Source: Mobula hypostoma (lineage: Eukaryota). Taken from it: DNA of 64,000 bases. The notes below the pieces were generated by a model. That model worked only from the letters and a program-made list of their open reading frames with translations, made no database searches and was not told where the DNA came from. A program made the translations under genes and the position numbers. This document shows positions 1 through 11,529 of the stretch, piece after piece (positions within the stretch are counted from its first letter, which is position 1; the number at the start of each line of letters is the position of its first letter). The DNA lies in contig NC_086097.1 of NCBI RefSeq assembly GCF_963921235.1, forward strand, positions 114,826,001-114,890,000. The letters are read 5' to 3'.

Positions 1-66
1 TCCTATCAGACTGGTTTGCGGTATACTGTATATAAAAAAGCCTGTGCTCAATTCCCTTTGTTACTT

Positions 67-769
67 TGTCACGTACCCCATGACCAGTTAAAGAACCAGC
101 AGAAATGCAAAACACTTTGGACTCCAGTATTGCTATTAACTAATGGTATTTATTAATAACTATGCAATACAGTAATATAAAATCAGAATTATAAAACAGG
201 TTAGCAATGATTATATACAAGTAAGTGTGGAAATATATATGAAAACCAAGCCTCTTCGAGTCTAGGGGTAAATAGATAGTCTTACGATGATGAGTAAAGT
301 TCAGTTCAGTTCGTGGTATTGAGTTGAGTAGTGATGGAGAGAGAGAGAGAGAGAGGAAGAGATCTGAGTCTTCAGTTGAGCTGATGCTGTCAATCTTCCT
401 GTAGTCCTCCGAAATCTTTTAGAAGTCACCAACTGTGACCACAACAAAGGAGATCGTTCTTCTGTGGTGGAAGTATCAACCCAGGCGAGGGTTGGGAGCT
501 GACCTTCTATTTATCTCACCGTGCTGAATACCAACTGTCCATCAAGCAGCTCTATCCTTCTCTCTCTGTAAGAACCTGAAAGCTGCTAGTGTCCTTGCAA
601 AAGTGTAAACATGCTGTCGAAAAACTATAACACCATCTCAGAGCAGTCTTCGCCTCTCTCTCTCTCTTTCTTTTTCTCTCTTTTAACAAGGTTTCTGTTT
701 TCCACAACTCTCTCTCTCTCTCTCTTTCAAAAGCACAGTTCATAGGGGTAATTCAAGGACCCCACCACA
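67..769 (-). mobile_element. Solo LTR related to the LTRs of the Gypsy element at 45201-49695
   Basis: Starts TGTCACGTACCCC and its first ~250 bp align with 45201 onward (TGTTACGTACCCC...GTTAAAGAA.CAGCAGAAATG...). Ends ...CCACCACA. Imperfect 4-bp flanks ACTT/ATTT. Strand taken from the related element. Confidence 0.75.
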
Positions 770-1099
770 ATTTCTTCACTTGGTCTACTTGCTGGTACAG
801 ACAGACCTTGGTTGACCTGTGGCAGGATGAGTGTCTGATAAAATAGCTGGAAACTCATTCTTGAATTCTGAAGAGACTTCTGGACAATCGGCATGGACAG
901 GTTATGCCAAACAGCTAATTTTAGTACTCGTTAACACAAGAAATTATGCAGATGCTGTGAATCTAGAGCAACTGGATTTCTAACATCTGCAGAAACTCTT
1001 GTATTCATGATTTGCTGCTTTACTGCAAAGCCCCTGCGAGGTAGGCCAATCGTGAAGTTTAAATCTTCTTTTCCTCTTTCATGGCTCCCCTTCTGTGTT

Positions 1100-1275
1100 C
1101 TCTGCTGCTCTCTGACTCTTCAACTCCTTCCCCTCCCACAACCTTCATATTCTGGCTTCTTCCTCCTTCCTTTCCAGTCCTGATGAATCGTCTCAGCCCA
1201 AAATGTTGACTGTTTATTTCTCCCTATAGGTGCTGCCTGACCTGCTGGGTTCCTCCAGCATTTTTCATTTGCTAT
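1100..1275 (+). mobile_element. Penelope-like element 3' end fragment with degenerate hammerhead motif
   Basis: CAGTCCTGATGA...AAAATGTTGACTG...GCTGCCTGACCTGCTGGGTTCCTCCAGCA matches the 3' end of the PLE at 57700-57803. Confidence 0.75.
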
Positions 1276-1739
1276 TTCAGTGCTGTGTGACTCTGTGATT
1301 TTATGACTTCTAATGAGGAAGAAGACTGTGCAAGGACAGGAAGCACCTTCTACAAACTGCTGAAGTCAAAAATCTATCTATTCAGCATCATCAGCACATG
1401 GGAATTCTCAGGCCAGAACTTGTAGCACCTATTTTTCATCCTGAACTGATGCAGAACTTACCTTCTGGTCATGAATGAAACTACATTCTGTTGATGTCCA
1501 GAGAGAGAATATGTGTCTGTCCCGTATGTTTGTATAACATGATGATGTTTTCATCACTTAGGCACTGAGCCATCACAGTAACAGAGGAGGTTTTCCGTAT
1601 TTCCCTATGAGAAGGTCAGTAGGGATACCCACCTCATTAGATGTTTTCTTATCCACACTGAATCAATAATCTTTTTGAGTTTAAGTACTAGAAACTTAAT
1701 ATTGCGAGTCATAATTTAAGGTTGTTGGAGGAAAGTATC

Positions 1740-2850
1740 TTCCAAGAAGACCAAACCTTCGTGCAGGGTTTGGAAGCTTATGTGCCTCAATGACCCAGAG
1801 AGCTACGTTGGCTGGAGTCAGGGCCTTGTGCTATGCATCTGGATAGGATCATCCATGTCGAACAGGTCAAAGGTTAGAGGCCAGACTAAGAGTGATCCAC
1901 TGGTCCTCCAGGTTTGGAGGTTCAGTCAGAGCTAACGACCATGACTGATCAAAAAAACGTTGTTACGGAAAGAGCAATGAAGAATCCGAGATCTGTATGT
2001 GATGGTATTCCTGAGTCTCCACCCAGGATTGGCATGACTGACAGTAGTGAAAACTGAGAGGAATCTACTGGCACGATGAAGGAACCTCAGAACACTGCCA
2101 AGATCAAGACAAAAATTGCGTTTTGGAATGTGCGAACTATGTACAACACTGGCAAGCTAGCACAAGTAACCTACATATACTGGGCGTCAGTGAAAGCAGA
2201 AGGACGGGGTCTGGCAGACTAAAGGCAACAACTGGTGGAACAGTTTTATACTCAGGAAGGGAAGATGGTGTAGCTGTCATTTTGAAGAAAAGCATTGAGA
2301 TGTGCTTGTTGGAGTAGAAACAGTCGGCTGATGAGAGTCAGACTGAAAGGGAAGCAAGTGAACATGTCTGTGATCCAGTGCTATGCTCAAATAATGACGG
2401 TGACATTGAAGAAAAGGATGTTTTCTACATACAACTTCAATCAGAGTTAGAGTTACCACCACACCATGACATAATCATCGTCATGGGAGATCTGTACGCC
2501 GAAGCGGGAAATCACACTACACTAGAGTAATATGCATACAAGGATGTGGAATGATGAATAACCATGGTGAAAGACTGGTGGAATTCTGTGCCATGAACAA
2601 TCTGTTCATAGGAGGGACCCTCCTTCCACACCGTGACATCCACAAACTGACATGGTGCTCACCCAATGGACACGACAGGAACCAGATTAACCATTTAATG
2701 GTCAATGGTATGTGGAAACGATCCTTGCAGGATGTAAAGATGAAGAGAGGAGAAGATCCAGGAAGTGATCACCTTGTCGTAGCAGTGATGAAACTCAAGC
2801 TAAGAAGCACTGGGACTAGAACACACGTGCAAAGAAGTTTTAGGTTACAT
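1740..2850 (+). mobile_element. RTE-clade LINE 5' fragment (5' UTR plus degenerate AP endonuclease)
   Basis: Translates to WNVRTM, IIVMGD and NNHGERLVEFCAMNNLFIGGTLLPHRDIHKLTWCSPNG..NQINH..SDH, all APE motifs. Multiple stops and frameshifts. Confidence 0.85.
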
Positions 2851-3076
2851 ACTGAATCTATGCAAACTTCTAAGAAAGTAGAGAAGCTGTCATGCCTCTT
2901 TTTTAGTGGCACATGTGTGCTGGTCTCAGGACAGATCTGCCAAAATGATAAGTCAAAGTCAAAGTACATTTAGTATCAAGGGTACGTATACTTTATACAA
3001 CCTTAAGATTCATCTTCTTACAGGCAGCTACAAAACGGAGAAACCCAATAGATCCCGGTAAAACAAAAGAAGACCA

Positions 3077-3559
3077 TGTCAGTACCTCCAGTTGAATTCT
3101 GTCTTCTTGTGTGTTTCCCCCAGCTGTCAGTCTGTGGTTTTGTATTGCTATGTGCTCCTGTCCCCGCTCCTGGTCTACTCTGGACCCTGTATTACTGAGC
3201 ACTCCGTCTCTCATCTGCTTCTCATTATTACCTGTATTGCTGCCATCTGTGTCTCATTGTGCTCCACCTATCATCTGCCTCTCTGTTTATTGCTCAGTGT
3301 ATTTCAGTCCTGTGTTTTCACCTGTTTATTGTCAGATTGTGCCAGTGAGCCTTTCCAGCATTTGTATCTGTACTCTACCTATCTGAATATTGACTCTGCC
3401 TGATTCCCAATTCTGGTTTTTGGATTTCTCTGGATGTTTTGATCCCTGCCTGAACTTTGTCGCTGATTTTGTTTGCACCTTGGGATTTGTTACTCAATTA
3501 ATATCACTGTGTGCACAGTACTGGGTCTGCGATTGGATCTCTGCTCCAGCGCCCTGACA
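3077..3559. mobile_element. Solo LTR (483 bp) inserted into another repeat
   Basis: TGTCAG...CTGACA terminal inverted repeat. Flanks GACCA/GGCTA are consistent with a decayed 5-bp TSD. Confidence 0.65.
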
Positions 3560-4559
3560 GGCTATCAAACACCCAAAGTGCAGAGAAGAAAAAGAAAGAA
3601 TACTGCAAACAATAAAAGTAAACAAATAGCATTCAGAACTGAAGTTCACAAAAGTGAGTTCACACTGTGATAGTTGCAGGCCACAGTTCAGTGCAGAGAC
3701 AAGTAAACTTGATGAGTAGCGATTTAAATTGGCCTATGCCTCACCTCCGGCGCTGACAACCTGTCCTTTTCAACCTGGCCTGGCGTTTAACTCATCCAAA
3801 CCTTGCTCTCAGCTCTGGACCCTGCCATTTTGATACATTTTTGGGCCACTGCCCCACCACCTCAATTTGGCCCATATCCAGCTTTTCCAATTCGGCTCGG
3901 CACTTAAATCGTTTGAACCTCAGGTCTTTCCTTGGACTCAGGTCTGGGTCTGGGACTCTACATTGCCTCCTCTTGCCTCGCCTTGGTTCCACTGAATTGA
4001 ATTGCCTCCAAGTTGGCTCCAGGAATGGCCAGATGTTGACCAAGAAATTTAAAGTTACTGATAGTTTCCATCTCTGATCCCCCTAATGTGGACTGGCTCT
4101 TGGACTTCAGGTTTCTTCCTCCTGTAGTCAATAATTAATTCTTTGCTTTTGCTGATGTTGAGTTAGAGTTTGTTGTTGTAACACCATTCAATCTCCTTAT
4201 AAGCTGATTTCTCACCACCTTTGATTCAGCCAACTGCAGTTGTGTCGTCAGTAAACTTAAATATGGCTTCAGGGCTGTACTTAGCCTCACACTCATAAGT
4301 ATAAAGCGAGTTGAGTAAGGAGTGAGTAATTAGCGTCAGAACTCTGCCTTGTGTCGAGGAATGATGACCTCATGCAGCAGGAGCACGGACAGTACAATTG
4401 TCCTCTCAAGCTTGCTGCTCCATTTTGTAAAGTCATGGCTGATGCAATCTTGGCCTCAACATCACTCTCCTTCACTTTCCCATACTCCTAGACTTCAGTG
4501 TAGATCAAATATCTATCAACTCCCACCTGAAATGTATTCAATGACTCCACCTTCACAGG

Positions 4560-5900
4560 GATAGAAAATTCCAAGGATTCATTCTTCTGAAACAAGATTT
4601 TCTTCCTTACATAGAATATAGAACATAGAACTGTACAAGATAGTAGAACATATGGTCATGGAGCTCAGAAAAATAGAGGGCTATGGGTAACCCTAGGTAA
4701 TTTCTAAGGTAAGGACATGTTCTGCACAACTTTGTGGGCTGAAGGGCCTGTATTGTGCTATAGGTTTTCTATGTTTCTAAGCTCTTGTGCCGACTCCTTA
4801 ACCTACTCCAAGATCAATCTAACCCTTACCTGCCACATAGCCTTCCATTCTTCAATCATCAATGTGCCGATCTAAGAATGTCTTTGATGATTCTGCCTCT
4901 GCCTCCACCCTGGCAGCACTGCCCACGAACCCTCCACTCTCTGTGCAAAACCTGCGCCTGACATCTCCCCCTATACTTCCCTCCAATCACCTTAAAGTTA
5001 CCGTGTGTCCCCTTGGATTAGCCATCACCACCCTGGGAAAATGCTTCTGGCTGTTCACTTGATCTATACCTCTTATCATCTTGTGCTCATTTGATATAAA
5101 AGTTCAACCTCTAGCTCTCGATACATCCACTCAGAAAATCATCCTCTCAGCATCCACTCCATTAGTCCACCTGAGAATCTTACATGGTCCAGCAAAGTAG
5201 CCTCTCACTGTCCTCTACTCCAATGATTATTGATCTTGCTTTTTGCATGCATTTAAATAAGTTTACTTTCTGTGCTTTATTCACTAGTACCCCCAGATTT
5301 TTTCTGTACCATAACACTTTGTTGTTTCCCTCCATTATAGTTTGCTTTTTCATTCTTCCTTTCAAAGTAGGCAACTTATGTCTCCCCAGTTTATATTCAA
5401 TGTACCAACTTCCTACCCATTTATATAACCTCTCTATATCATTTTGCAACCTCCTCATAACATGCTAACCCACTGGCCTATTTATCATCCACAGATTTAG
5501 TTGCTGTAGCCTAGTCCCTGCATCAAAGTCACAAAAAGTTTTCAAATCCCAGCAGTGATCTCTCTAACAAACCCTCAGTTACAGACTGACAATCAGAAAA
5601 TGACCTACTTACCTTGATTCTATATTTTCCATTGACTAGCCACTCCCCTATCGACACCAGTGTTGATCTTCCAACTTGTCACTTAATCTGTTTTCTCCAG
5701 CTCTCTTCAGTCAGCTCTGTCTCCATGCTGCTGCAATTGCCTTTATTGAAGTTTAGGATCCTAGTTTCAGGCTGCTTCTCACCTTCAAACTGAATTTGAA
5801 TTTTTACCACATTGCCATCACTCTTTCCTCTGGGATCTGTTACAATGAGATCGTTAATTATTTCTGTCTCACTACACAATACCAGATCTGAAATTACGAA
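4560..5900 (-). mobile_element. Cluster of degenerate CR1 fragments
   Basis: Minus-strand translations RRLQNDIERLYKW and ILNFNKGN resemble CR1 ORF2; CR1-type (TTCTATG)n tails. Confidence 0.6.
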
Positions 5901-7079
5901 CTCCTTGGTTGGCTCCTTGATGTAATGCTCTAAGAAACCACACTGAACAGTCTTTATGAGTTCATCCTCAAGAAAGATATTAAAATCTATAAAGAGTAAT
6001 GTAAATAATTAGAAATAACAAAAATGTATTCTAAAACTGTATTTAATTAAAACATGAATCAATAGAAAATCTCAAATAAAATAATTTAAAGCAAAATACT
6101 GATATCTGCCTATTGAGAATACGCATTGAAATGAGTGTGGTGTCACATCTTATCTATTCTGAACAGCCATTGGATCAGAAAGACAGATTCTCTTGCTAGA
6201 ATCCACTCTCATCTTTTCACAACTCCCACTGGGCAGCAGGTGCTGAAGCCTGAGGTCCTGCAACACTAGGTTCAAGAATGGCTACATCCCTGAAAGCATC
6301 CAGTTCTTGAACCATCTGACCAAATTCAGATCAGCACCGTTTAGTGACACAAGGACCACTTTGAACTAAAATGGTCCTTTTCATTGTTTTAATTATGTTC
6401 TCCTTGTAAAAATTGAACTGAGCTGAAAATGAACATTCCTGGACTGTCTTGATGACTTTGTGGTTTGATGTTTCTTATTCCGTGTTTTTCACTCGTTTGC
6501 TTTGCCGTTTGTGCAATTTGTTCTTTTTTTTGTACGCTCTGGGTTTGATGTTTTTCTTTGAATTGGATCCAGGGTTTTCTTTATTTCATGGCTGTCTGTG
6601 GGAAGATGAATCTCAGGTTTGTATACTGTATACATACTTTGATAATAAATATACTTTGAACCTTTGAAAATTGTGTACAATTTATGCTTAATTTTTTTGT
6701 GTGAATGCCACTTAAGTGATGCCATGTGCCTGTGATGCTGCTGCAAGTAAGTGTTTCATGGCATCTGAGAGTAGATGTAGCTGGCATATGAAAATAAACC
6801 TGACTGCAATGTAGTGGCATGACTGAAACAGCAGCATCTCTCACTGAATTAGTCCCAGAATTACAACACATCCTCACGTTGATTTACTTATTTATTTATT
6901 TTTTTCCTTCTATATCATGAGTTGCATTGAACTGCTGCTGCTAAGTTAATAAACACATGCCGGTGATAATAAACCTGATTCTGAAAGATCTGTGACTTGC
7001 CCACATGGAAATGGATGCCTGCTGGAGATCCCCTTTGGAACCTCTGGCCAGATTTAGCACCAATTGTTTCTGTTTATTC

Positions 7080-7348
7080 ATTCATTCATTGAGGTACAGC
7101 GTGAAGTAGGCCTGTCCAGCCCTTTGAGCCACACTACCCAGCAATCCCCCGATTTAATCCTCGCCTAATCAATGACAAATTAACCTAACAACCACTATGT
7201 CTTTGGATTGTGGGAGGAAACCAGAGCACCCAGAGGAAACCCACGTGGTCATGGGGAGAACGTACAACCTCCTCACAGGCTGCGGCTGGAATTGAACCAG
7301 GGTCCGCTGTACTGTAAAGCGTTGTGCTAACCACTACACTACCCTGCC
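7080..7348 (-). mobile_element. V-domain SINE (HE1-like)
   Basis: Minus strand has a tRNA-like head with GGTTCAATTCC B-box followed by GGGTTTCCTCTGGGTGCTCTGGTTTCCTCCCACAATCCAAAGAC (V-domain). Similar copies at ~10850-11100, 24270-24590, 38305-38620, 51900-52170 and 52655-52925. Confidence 0.7.
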
Positions 7349-9010
7349 ACCTTATACGTTGCCAGATTTCTGTTGTAAGGATAAAAACAGATACTAAACA
7401 AGTGCAGTGTTTATTGGACATTACTCTTGGGTTTTTAGCCTAAAGGGACCAAAAAAGTTACTTTCATGTTTAATAGCTCATGTCAATTAGTGTAAATTCT
7501 GTTGATCCTTATTCATACTTCCAGCAATACACATGAGTTCCCAGGCATGCTCCAAGATGTCCGAGGGGCCAAATGAGAGGCACACGGTACTCAGATGCAG
7601 CGGTTCTGAGTAGAAATCTAGAGCAGCGGCATGGACAGGTGATGAAAGATACCTGCAGTCCAGACCTCCACTAGGCGCTCGAACGCCATGCGAGCAGGAA
7701 GCGTGAGGGCCGGTCAGTTGCTGAGCCCAGAGTTCCTGCCTGGAGTTTGTCTGGAGTTCAGCATCTCATCGTCAGCTATTCTGAGGGTAGATAATGAAGA
7801 TCAGCGCATGAAGGCCAATTGGAAGTCCGGAAGTCAAAGACTGATGGCTGAAGCCTGGAGACTGGAAGTCTGCCTAGAGATGGAGGACTGCCTGTTGGGG
7901 GGGAGGGGGAGAGGAAAAGGGGCTTGCCTTGCTTTGTTGCTTGTTGTGTTCTGTTTGTCTGTGTTCTGTGTTGTTCTTCTGAGCATGTTGGCACCTGAAT
8001 GTGTGGCTACACTTACTCTGGCACATCCTTAGGTGCGTTGGTTGTTAACACACACGGCACATTTCACTGTATGTTTTGAGTAATGTCTTGTACAAATACA
8101 TTACTAATAGAAGAGATGCAGAGAAGGAGTCTTGTCCTGTGCCCATGACAGAGCAGAAGGAAGGGCCAGTGCCCATCCTGCTCTCACATGCAGCAGCTGA
8201 TGTTTAGTTTTATGACATCCTCTTGTTCATCACCCAGATGAGGTTCTGATGTACAAACTAGGTCCTTCTCCTGGTGACACCAATAAGGTGTCTATTTAAA
8301 GTGTAGCACTGTACCTTTTAGAAGCCATTCGAAATTTCCAGAAAAACAGGTTTGCTTGAGTGCTGGTGAATTCCTGATGCAGTGCCACAGGGTGATACAG
8401 TCGTAGAGTCATAGAGCACCACAGCACAGAAACAGCCCGTCGGCTCCTCTGTTCTGTGCTAAACTGTTGTACTGCCTAGTCCCATCGACCTGGACCATAG
8501 CCTTCCATACCCCTCCCATGAGTGTACCCATCCAACGTTCTCGTCTGATGTACTTCTGAGGCTTCTTCCTACTGCAAGCTTCCTTAGGTAGGAATGGAAG
8601 TAGAGGTCAATGGCTTGTAGACATTCGTCATGACAGGATATTAGGATAACAATTACGTGTAACCTCTTTAACTAGGATCATCAAGCATCACAAGTAGCAA
8701 CTAATTGATAATGCGTGCCTGGTCATCCTTTCCTAGTGCTAAGATAACAGCTTGCAGTAAATAAGATAAGATAAGATAAAACTGCATTTATCCCAAAGGA
8801 AATTATTGTTGCAAGGTAGCTCAGTCAGAAATATATACTTTAAAATACATAAAGTAAGCATTGAGGAACGAAAAAATACCAATTCTGCATTAAAATGTAA
8901 TAGTGCAAAATACAGATGTGCAATGAAATGATATACTTCTATACTTAGCAACACACATAAAAGTTGCTGGTGAACACAGCAGGCCGGGCAGCATCTATAG
9001 GAAGAGGTAC

Positions 9011-9046
9011 AGTCGACGTTTCCGGCTGAGACCCTTCGTCAGGACT
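9011..9046 (-). ncRNA. Minimal type I hammerhead ribozyme motif
   Basis: Reverse complement reads AGTC-CTGACGA-AGGGTCTCAGCCG-GAAA-CGTC-GACT. Confidence 0.7.
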
Positions 9047-9729
9047 AACTGAAAGAAGAGCTAGTAAGAGATTTGAAAATGGGAGGGGGAGGGGGAGATC
9101 TGAAATGATAGGAGAAGACAGGAGGGGGAGGGATGGAGCCAAGAGCTGGACAATTGATTGGCAAAAGGGATATGAGAGGATCATGGGACAGGAGGCCTAG
9201 GGAGAAAGAAGGGGGGGGAGCCCAGAGGGTGGGCAATAATGGATGAGATACGATGGGGAAGTGGGGCATTAACGGAAGTTAGAGAAGTCAGTGTTCATTC
9301 ATGCCATCAGGTTGGAGGCTACCCAGACGGAATATGAGGTGTTGTTCCGCCAACCTGAGTGTGGCTTCATCTTTACAGTAGAGGAGGCCATGGATAGACA
9401 TGTATAGAATAAGTATAGAATGGGTATAGTATAGTATAGTATAAGCATAGAATGGGTAGCCTCCAACCCGATGGCATGAACACTGACTTCTCTAACTTCC
9501 GTTAATGCCCCACCTCCCCCTCGTACCCCATCCGTTATTGCCCATCCTCTGGGCTTCCCCCCTCCCCCTTTTCTTTCTCCCTAGGCCTCCTGTCCCATGA
9601 TCCTCTCATATCCCTTTTGCCAATCAACTGTCCAGCTCTTGGCTCCATCCCTCCCCCTCCTGTTTTCTCCTATCATTTTGGATCTCCCCCCCCCCCACTT
9701 TCAAATCTCTTACTAGCTCTTCTTTCAGT

Positions 9730-9767
9730 TGGTCCTGACGAAGGGACTCGGCCCGAAATGTCGACTA
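9730..9767 (+). ncRNA. Minimal type I hammerhead ribozyme motif
   Basis: TGGTC-CTGACGA-AGGGACTCGGCCC-GAAA-TGTC-GACTA: helix I, CUGANGA core, helix II, GAAA and GUC cleavage triplet. Confidence 0.7.
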
Positions 9768-10282
9768 TACCTCTTCCTGTAGATGCTGCCTGGCCTGCTG
9801 CATTCACCAGCAACTTTTATGTGTGTTGCTTGAAATTCCAGCATCTGTACATTTTCTCGTGTTTGCGTACTTCTATACTTGAGGAGAAGTTGTGGAGTCT
9901 TCTCTCACCCTGTTGCCCCAGAAACTACAGTGTAGAGTAGAATGCTGGCCACCACTGAGCCACAGAACATCTGTAGCATAGTTCTGCAGACATAATTGAC
10001 AGTGTCTTCACCTTGACCGCACTGAAGGTTCTTTAGCACCTCAAGTCAAAGTCATTTATTGTCATGTGCACAAAAACATGCATGCACAGCTGAAATGATG
10101 CAGCAGTGTCACAGACACATAGCATCAGATAAGCACCATTCATTAGAATTCACAAAGCAAACATAAATTATATACGTTTTTACAAGAAAGAAAATGACTG
10201 GTGCAAAGTTTTCAAGGAGTTCCAGAGCTGAATAGTTTTAGGGAAGTAGCTATATTTCCCTAATCCTAGATCCTAAGAACTT

Positions 10283-10780
10283 TCTACAGGTGCAAAACTG
10301 AGAGCATCTTGACAGACTGCATCACTGCCTGGTTATGGAATTCTACCTCCCTTAAATGCAGGACCCTGCAGAGAGTGGTGCAGACAGCCCAGCACATCTG
10401 TAGTTGTGAACTTCCCATGATTCAGGACATTTACAAGAATGGGTGCATAAAAAGGGCCTGATAGATCATTGGGTACCCAAGTCACCCCAACCACAAACTG
10501 GTCCAGCTGCTACCATCCGTGAAACGGTACCACAGCATAAAAGCCAGGACCAACAGGCTCCAGGACAGCTTCTTCCACCAGACCATCAGACTGATTAACT
10601 CACTTTGATTCGAGTGTACTCTATGTTACAATGACTGTTCTACTTATCATAAATTATTATAAGTTACTACGATTGTACATTGCACATTTAGACCGAGATG
10701 TAATATAAAGATTTTTACTCCTCATGTATGTGAAGGATATAAGAAGTAAAGTCAAGTCAATTCAATTCAATTCAATTCAA
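10283..10780 (+). mobile_element. Rex1/Babar LINE 3' fragment
   Basis: ESILTDCITAW motif and (TTCAA)n tail; nearly the same sequence as 25110-25607. Confidence 0.8.
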
Positions 10781-11104
10781 TCTAGTAATGTGTGATTTCA
10801 GGCAGAGAGGTAAGAGATATGCCAACGATGTGTAATGTGCTTGCAGAATGGTTGTCATGGTAGCAGAATAGTTAATGCAATGCTATTCCATCTCAGGCTG
10901 TTCCATAGTTCAGAGTTCAATTCTAATGTCTCTGTAAGGAGTTTGTACATTCTCCCCATGACCACATGGGTTTCCTCCCGGAGCTCCAATTTCCACCCCA
11001 TTCCAAAGATGTACCGGTTAGTAGGTTAATTGGTAATTGTAAATTATCAAGTGATTAGTCTCGTGTTAAATAGGTGGGTTGCTGGGCAGTGCGGCTCACT
11101 GGGG

Positions 11105-11510
11105 ACTTTTGGTGGAGCTTGAGATCATCAGAGTTATTAGGTATGCGGCAAGGGCCAAGGAAAAGAAGTCAGGTTTAAACAGGGTGACCATTGTGGAATC
11201 ATTCTAAGAATGCAGCGGTGCAAGAGTGGGAGCACTGAGGCTTTGACTCAAGAAGCTACTGGTAAGTTTCTTTATTTCTTATTGCACAGTTAGAGCAGTG
11301 GGAATAACAGTCAGGACAGATGAGTGCTCCTCTTGCAAGGAAAGGGGGGTGGAGCCTGGAAGACCTTCGAAGGTGATAGACAGCTCATGCAGGGTGCCCC
11401 TGAAGCCGTGCCCCTCAATAGCAAGTATATTGTTTTGGATATTATTGGGCGAGGATGACCAACCAGACGAAAACCAGAGCAGTCAAGTCTCTGACACTGA
11501 GTCTGTCTCC
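11105..11510 (+). mobile_element. CR1 5' UTR/ORF1 fragment
   Basis: VRTDECSSC resembles the CR1 ORF1 N-terminal Cys motif; heavily deleted. Confidence 0.5.
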
Positions 11511-11529
11511 CTGCCACTACACAAGCTAT

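Larger units (their letters stand above)
8947..9867. mobile_element. Penelope-like insertion made of two inverted 3'-end copies, with 13-bp TSD
   Basis: 8947-9400 is the minus-strand and ~9453-9867 the plus-strand copy of the 3' end of the 54.3-57.8 kb PLE family. TACTTCTATACTT occurs at 8934-8946 and 9868-9880. Confidence 0.9.
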
